64,000 nucleotides of DNA, from the NCBI GenBank assembly GCA_030264375.1, contig JASCQW010000001.1:140929838-140993837 (forward strand), in the 5' to 3' direction. The first letter of the stretch is position 1. Each line of letters opens with the position of its first letter. This DNA is from Carcharhinus longimanus (lineage: Eukaryota). Positions 59,100-64,000 of the stretch are shown piece by piece. Both the position numbers and the translations under genes were made by a program. The notes under the pieces are model-generated. The model was not told the origin of the DNA, made no database searches, and saw only the letters and a list, made by a program, of their open reading frames with translations.

Positions 59100-59732
59100 C
59101 CTTTGTCCAGGGTGACAGCATTGGGGAACAGAGGACACACTTCTTCTTTAGGGCAGAAGCTGCTGTAAAGCAGCTAAGCTTAACTGTCCAACCCCTGAAC
59201 AGCCAGGGTTAGGGTTAGCTTATAAAGTACATGGGCAGGATTGATGAAGTAGGGGCAGTGTATGATGGATGGTCAGGGGTGGGTTGGGTGGCCACTGGGG
59301 CTGAAGGTATGGTTATTGTGAGGGGGAAGTGGGAGGTGGTGGGGGTGTGGTGGGTTTCGAAACCGGTTTCCTAGAACATTAGCTGAGATTTTGGATTAAT
59401 AGGCGAGTGATAATACCACTCAGGCATCACCTCTCCTTGGTAAAATAATTGAAAATGGTGACTTTACGACATAATCTGCCAAGTGAGGAAGTGAAATTAA
59501 TTGCATCAGAAAATTCATAAAAAACCTGTTGGTTAGGCACCTGGTAAAAAAGATGTGATGGAGGAGTTTGGGGGATATTGTAGGAAGTTGTCCTTTCTCC
59601 CTATTGGAAGAGAATATGAGCCACAATGCTCTTGTCCTGTCTTTCTGTGATACGCTTATAACATGTGCAGGGAGAAGATTAGTGATATGACTTGTCCATT
59701 TATATCTGTGGTAAAAGTAAATCCAACATATA

Positions 59733-60008
59733 GGTTGGCACAGTGGTTAGCACTGCTGCCTCACAGCGCAAGCGGCCCGGGTTTGATTCCTGGCTTGGGT
59801 CACTGTCTGTGCTGAATCTGCACATTCTCCCCTTGTCCGCATGGGTTTCCTCCAAAAGACATGCTGTTTAGATACATTGACCAAACTAAATTCTTCCTCA
59901 GTGTATCCGAACAGACACCAGAGTGTGCCTTCTGGGGGATTTTAACAGTAACTTCATTGCAGTGTTAATGTAAGCCAACTTGTGACGTTAATAAATAAAC
60001 TTCAAACT
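59733..60008 (+). mobile_element. HE1-type V-SINE, tail variant 2
   Basis: GGCACAGTGGTTAGCACTGCTGCCTCACAGCGC…GTAACTTCATTGCAGTGTTAATGTAAGCC…AATAAATAAACTT. Confidence 0.85.
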
Positions 60009-60651
60009 TACATCATTCAGCACAACATTCTGGAGGCTTGATGTGATGTTTGAATTGGAGTTCTGTAAACTGATTGATCGATAATTTGAACTTGCCCAAA
60101 ATCTCAGCAAAAATACAGCCAAATCCCTGTCTGAATGGGTGGAATGATTACAAAGTTATCCAATCCCTAGCCTGAGCGATAATATAGCAGTCAGAGCAAA
60201 TCGTCCTTTCATTCATTGTGTTATATTTTTGCCTGTCTTTGGTCGACTGAAGCTTAAGGGAGGGTCATTAAAAATGAAGGAAGTTTCCAGTCAATTACTG
60301 TTGGGATTTGACAGCAATCAGCTCTGCTGTCACTCAATCCCACTAAGTGTGTGCACTGAAATAGGACAGCTGCAATGGGCACATCTGCATCATTAGGGCT
60401 CAGAGAGCTTCAGACTGAGCTTATATAGAAACACAGCAGGTTACAGCACAGAAATCTCCTGCTCCCTCTCTAACACTTTAGCATCTCAATCCAGATTGGG
60501 ACTTTCCTTAGAGTTGCTCCTCCTCCACCGTTCAACTTTGCCCTAAATGCATGGGAACTCCAGTTTATGGGCACTGACAGGGCTTCCTCGGCATTGGGCA
60601 AAGTTTTGGCAATGGGACGAGAGCTGAGGGAATCCTATGATGTTTGATTTT

Positions 60652-60824
60652 ATCATAAAATAGAATCATAGAATCCCTACAGTACAGAAGGAGGCCATTC
60701 GGCCCATTGAATCTGCATCCCATCCAGACTCTGTCTCTGCAACCCCTCACATTTATCCTGCTAATCCCCCTGACACTAGGGTCTATTTAGCATGGCCAAT
60801 CAACCTAAGCCACACATCCTTGGA
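60652..60824 (-). mobile_element. HE1-type SINE 3' part, tail variant 1
   Basis: TAGAATCATAGAATCCCTACAGTACAGAAGGAGGCCATTCGGCCC…TTTAGCATGGCCAATCAACCTAA. Confidence 0.8.
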
Positions 60825-62056
60825 TAGCTCTAATATTCTAGATTATGGGCAGATTCTGTGAATTATTTAATTACCCTGTATATTTTTATGTTACTGGAAA
60901 AGAGTAATGTCATGGCAGCTGTTTAAAAGGACCGCCCCTGTGATAAATATAATCATTTTTTGGAACAAGTTTTTTTTTAATTTTTAATAGAGATTTTGGA
61001 GTTAAAGTATTTTGGTACTTAAGTTGTAAACTGTTCCAGTTTGAGACCATGGGCTGAACTTTCTCAGACCCAGTTTGGCGGTCTGAGAGGTCGGGATGCC
61101 AGGAAAATGGCGGGAAGCCATGTCGGGACCACTGCCCAATGCATTCTAGCCACCGGATGAGCTTCCCAGGGGTGGCCTGTGAAGTGGATTCGCTCCCCAC
61201 AGAATGGGGTCGGGCAGCCAATTTGCATATTTAAGGCTCCAATTGGGTGATTTTTGTGGCCACCACCAGCATTTCACCACAGGCAGAGCAGCCCTTCACT
61301 GGGTTAGGCATGTCACGTTAGCATGGAGGCCAGGAGACTGTGGCTGTGGCTACTGTGACTCCCCCCTTCCTGACACTGGGGCATCTCAGGGGCAGCGGGA
61401 TGAAGAGGGCGTCATGGAAACATCCCAGACACCTGGAAGCAGGCCAAGGTCATCAAGGTCACGCATCACAGGCCATGGGGTGAGGTCGCCAGCTGGCCCC
61501 CTCCACCTCCGACGTACAGTCTGGGGAGTCACTGAGATGTAGTGAATGGCCATATAAGGTTAGGAAGTTGTAGTTGCAGTGAGATGGCGTGGGTGACGGG
61601 CTGCACTAGTTAGAAAGATATTTAAGCACCTTAACATTTTCTGTTCACTACTTTTTATGCTAGAACGTACTATTTAAACATCTTTATTGCAATAAATGTT
61701 TTTTCACCACCCACCTGTGACTAATCTTTCTCAGGTTTGTCTTGAATAGGAATCCTCTTCCATCGATGATCGCACAGAGTGGTGAAGAACGTAGTTGGCA
61801 TGCTTAGTTTCATTAGTTAGAACGTTGAATACATGTTGACGTCATGTTGGGGAGACCTCCCCAGTGCTGTGTCACTGACAAAAGGAAGCCATTGGTTCCC
61901 CAGATCCCACAAGCGATTCCCTCCCCTACCCTACCCTACCCACCCCAGGGCCCTGTATGGAGGTTTCAGGTCCCTTAACCACTACATAGATGTGGGCCCA
62001 GGTGCCAGTGTGCATGCAGAACTCAGGTAGGAGTCAGCTAGAGCACCATCAAAAAA

Positions 62057-62405
62057 GGGCAGCACAGTAGCACAGTGGTTAGCACTGCTGCTTCACAGCT
62101 CCAGGGACCTGGGTTCGAATCCCAGCTTGGATCACTGTTTGTGTGAAGTTTGCACATTCTCCTCGTGTCTGCGTGGATTTCTTCCAGGTGCTCCGGTTTC
62201 CTCCCACAGTCCAAAGGTGAGCGGGTTAGGTTGATTGGCCATGCTAAAATTGCCCCTTAGTGTCCTGAGAGGTGTAGGTTAGAAGGATTAGTGGGTAAAT
62301 ATGTAGGGGTGTGGGGATAGGGCCTGGGTGGAATTGTGGTCGGTGCAGACTTGATGGGCCAAATGGCCTCTTTCTGAAGTGTAGGGTTTCTATGATCTAT
62401 GATTC
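62057..62405 (+). mobile_element. HE1-type V-SINE, tail variant 1, full length
   Basis: GGGCAGCACAGTAGCACAGTGGTTAGCACTGCTG…GGTTCGAATCCC…TTTCTATGATCTATGATTC. Confidence 0.9.
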
Positions 62406-62558
62406 ATCATCATAATGCTGTTTAGTGAGTCATCATCACCCTCCTGCCTGCCAAAAAACTCACTAACACAGAGTACCCAGGTATACCACTCTGGTGCGAC
62501 AATGTTGCAGGAGATAGAAGGAATTTTGCGGGGGGGATGGAAGACACAGACACAAGCC

Positions 62559-63814
62559 CTAGCAACTGAACCGCCTGGCGATGAGGGCCTCCCTAGCCCT
62601 CACATGCCTCATTTGAGTTGCCAGCCCTCCGGCACCTGGCTGGTATTCCTCAGCATGCTCATCTTCTTCCTCTTCCTCCTCCTCCTGTTGGTCATCCGAC
62701 CCAGCGACACCCGGCTGGTCAGCCTCCACGTCCTCTTCCTCCTCCTTCAAGAGGTCACCTTGCTGCAGAGCCAGATTGTGCAAGGCACAGCACACCAACA
62801 CTATACGGGAAGAGATCAGGGGGCTGTACTGGAGGGCCCCTCCAGATCAGTCCAGGCAACGGAATCGCATTTTGAGGAGCCCAATGCACCTCTTTACTTT
62901 CACCCGGGTGACCACATGAGCCTCATTATAGCAGGTCTCCATGAGCCTCATTATAGCAGCCTTAGTCACAGGCCTCCACACAGGCGTCGTCAGCCATGTC
63001 TCAAGTGGGTAACCCATATCACCCAGGAGCCAACCTCACAGTCTGGGCTCCCCCTCGAATGCCTCTGGGATATCAGAGCTCCTGACAATGAGACTGTAGT
63101 GCATGCTGCCTGGGTGTCTTGCGTAGATGTGTATAATGTTCATATTATGGTCACACACACATTGAACATTCAGGGAGTGGAACCCCTTTCTGTTGATGAA
63201 TCTCTGCGGATTCTGTAGGGGGGGGCTTTGAGGGTGATGTGGGTGCAGTTGATGGCCCCCTGTACATTAGGCATCCCTGCAATGGCCGTAGCCCAGGCTT
63301 CCTAATAGGCCTCATCCAGATAAAATTTGATGTATTGCTCAGCCCAAGCGTACAAGGCTTCTGTGACCTGCTTAACACAGGTGTGCACAGCTGATTGGGA
63401 AATACCACATACGTCTCTGCTAAGGGTCTGGAAGGAGCCAACAGTATACAAGTTCAGAGCGGCCGTCAATTTGATAGTCAACAAAAGTGGGTTCCCCCTC
63501 GCCCCCCACCCCCTCCGTGCTCTGCAACAGCTGGCACAGGTGTTGCACCTTCCCCTTTCGGAGGCGGAGACCTCAGCGGCACATGAAATCTGTTCAAATG
63601 ACACTCNNNNNNNNNNCTGCCGGAGTCTCTGCTCCCTCCTTTTTCTGCGTCCCCCCCACTGGGTGAATGGCGGCCACTTCCTTCCTCTGGTGTCATCTCC
63701 CTCTACTCCTGCAAGTAGTAAGCCCTTGGCCTCCTGTGCCCGCAATACTCCCTGCAGCTCCTCCTTCTCATCTCCAGCAGCAACCAAAAGAACAGCAAGA
63801 TCAATTGGTTGCAT
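62559..63814 (-). pseudogene. PIF/Harbinger (HARBI1-like) DDE transposase, near full length, inactivated
   Basis: KLTAALNLYTVGSFQ…CGISQSAVHTCVKQVTEAL; GMPNVQGAINCTHI; FINRK/GFHSLNVQCVCD; HPGSMH; [11 protein letters not shown]; YNEAH; [13 protein letters not shown]; CCALHNLA plus acidic tail. Has stops, frameshifts, and N in place of the first catalytic D. Confidence 0.9.
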
Positions 63815-64000
63815 TGCAAAAGTCAGCTCGAAGTGAGGGGTGTAGAGGGGGGGCAGTTAGAGATGGAGAGGAACATATATAGAGGTTAAGGAATGCTGCT
63901 TGCCCCTAATTGGAGGGCCGAAGGGCCTGTTTCCTGTGCTGTACTGTTCTTTAGTCCATCAACAGTCACTGTCCATAGCCCCAATTTCTCCAGCCACATG

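Noticed and set aside
62415-63218. 267-aa plus-strand ORF with a hydrophobic stretch
   Set aside because: Antisense shadow of the Harbinger transposase; the hydrophobic run is the complement of the acidic tail codons.

Overview
Repeat-rich vertebrate genomic DNA with many N gaps. The repeat content (HE1-type V-SINEs, SacSINE1/DeuSINE-like copies, CR1, L2 and Rex/Babar LINE fragments) points to a cartilaginous fish, probably a shark; this is an inference from repeat families. I recognise no intact host protein-coding gene, and nearly all ORFs in the track are repeat-derived or span gaps. Recognisable coding remnants all come from transposons: degenerate PIF/Harbinger (HARBI1-like) transposases with Myb/SANT partner fragments, and one decayed Ty3/Gypsy gag-pol. 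The most notable signal is a set of short Penelope-like terminal-repeat elements, often inverted and flanked by target-site duplications. They carry minimal type-I hammerhead ribozyme cores (stem I-CUGAnGA-stem II-GAAA-palindromic AGCU-H), one fully intact at 50460-50496 (-). Also noted are a CpG-enriched candidate promoter or first exon near 26.3-26.6 kb, two candidate exons of unknown identity, an interstitial telomeric insertion and several perfect hairpins. Family assignments are by eye, with no database search, and repeat boundaries are approximate.
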